DNA of 36,801 nt, from sequence record SRR2962707_2507. The stretch is one strand, 5' to 3'. The position numbers and the translations under genes are program-made. Under the pieces are notes generated by a model. It had not been told where the DNA came from and searched no databases. It saw only the letters and a list, made by a program, of their open reading frames with translations. Positions 36,456 through 36,801 of this stretch are shown here, one piece after another. The number at the start of each line of letters is the position of its first letter. The first letter of the stretch is position 1.

Positions 36456-36637
36456 TTGGCCCTGAATGCCACAGCGGCCCTACGTCTGCGTATTGGTCAG
36501 TTCGCCTTTTTCAACCTGATCAACAACGGCCAGTTTAAAGCCTATGTTGTAATCTCGTTGCGTGCGCTTACGACGCACTTTGCCTGAAGTAGACATTGTT
36601 AGCTCCTGCAGGTGATAACGTATTTCAGGACTAGACA
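36456..36637 (-). mobile_element. IS3-family insertion sequence remnant (left end plus truncated OrfA)
   Basis: The minus strand starts TGTCTAGTCCTGAAATACGTTATCACC (5'-TG end), then RBS CAGGAG and ATG 36596. Translation is MSTSGKVRRKRTQRDYNIGFKLAVVDQVEKGELTNTQT*GRCGIQG, matching the IS3 OrfA pattern KRTQRDYxxxFKLxVVxxVEKGExTxxQAQxxYGIQG, with a stop at 36480-36482. Confidence 0.8.
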
Positions 36638-36644
36638 AAGGCAC

Positions 36645-36683
36645 AAAAAAAGGCTGCCCCCATCATAGGGGCAGCCTTTTTTT
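36645..36683. terminator. Bidirectional rho-independent terminator
   Basis: AAAAAAAGGCTGCCCC-CATCATA-GGGGCAGCCTTTTTTT is a perfect 16-bp inverted repeat with A7/T7 tails, 28 bp downstream of the minus-strand gene stop. Confidence 0.9.
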
Positions 36684-36710
36684 CGGTGGCGCTAAATCCG
36701 GAAACCGGAT

Positions 36711-36801
36711 TTACGCAGCCTGATCAGCAAGAGCACGGGCCATCTGGCTCAGAGCTTCCTGATGCTTTTCATGCTTGATGCTGGCAAAGTTACGGGCCAG
36801 T
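36711..36801 (-). CDS. 3' end of a probable XRE-family helix-turn-helix regulator (partial)
   Basis: Reads LARNFASIKHEKHQEALSQMARALADQAA* with host-like codons and is followed by the terminator. It resembles the C-terminal LARNFxxIxxExHQEALSQxAR of small alphaproteobacterial XRE proteins (from memory). Confidence 0.65.
   Translation of the reverse strand, partial: LARNFASIKHEKHQEALSQMARALADQAA

Noticed and set aside
1-36801. tRNA, rRNA, CRISPR array, integrase or anti-phage defence genes
   Set aside because: None were recognisable by eye, and the intergenic gaps are short and non-repetitive.

Overview
This 36.8-kb window looks alphaproteobacterial, probably Rhodospirillales; that is inferred from codon style and the flanking genes. 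GC-rich host genes sit at both ends: a 5'-truncated proB on the left and the 3' end of a probable XRE-type regulator with a strong terminator on the right. Between them lies a ~34-kb lower-GC, all-plus-strand surface-glycan island of 33 genes. The island encodes a PglK/MsbA-type ABC flippase, a doubly frameshifted rmlB, rmlA, two DegT and one HemL-like class III aminotransferase, and two NeuB-family nonulosonate (NulO) synthases, one lacking the SAF domain. It also encodes a PseG-type hydrolase, five cytidylyltransferase-fold domains, SDR and Gfo/Idh/MocA oxidoreductases, acetyl-, acyl- and formyltransferases, four methyltransferases, a Cys-less AsnB-like ligase, a P-loop kinase, GT2/GT4 enzymes and several orphan HP-motif transferases. 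No PseB/LegB/NeuC entry enzyme, initiating phosphoglycosyltransferase or Wzx/Wzy/Wzm/Wzt is visible. The most interesting inference is a non-canonical two-synthase NulO pathway, possibly fed by dTDP sugars and aminated after condensation, plus a possible split kinase/methyltransferase capping pair. The right border is decayed DNA containing a beta-helix protein pseudogene and an IS3-family remnant. All functional calls come from motifs recognised by eye; no searches were run.
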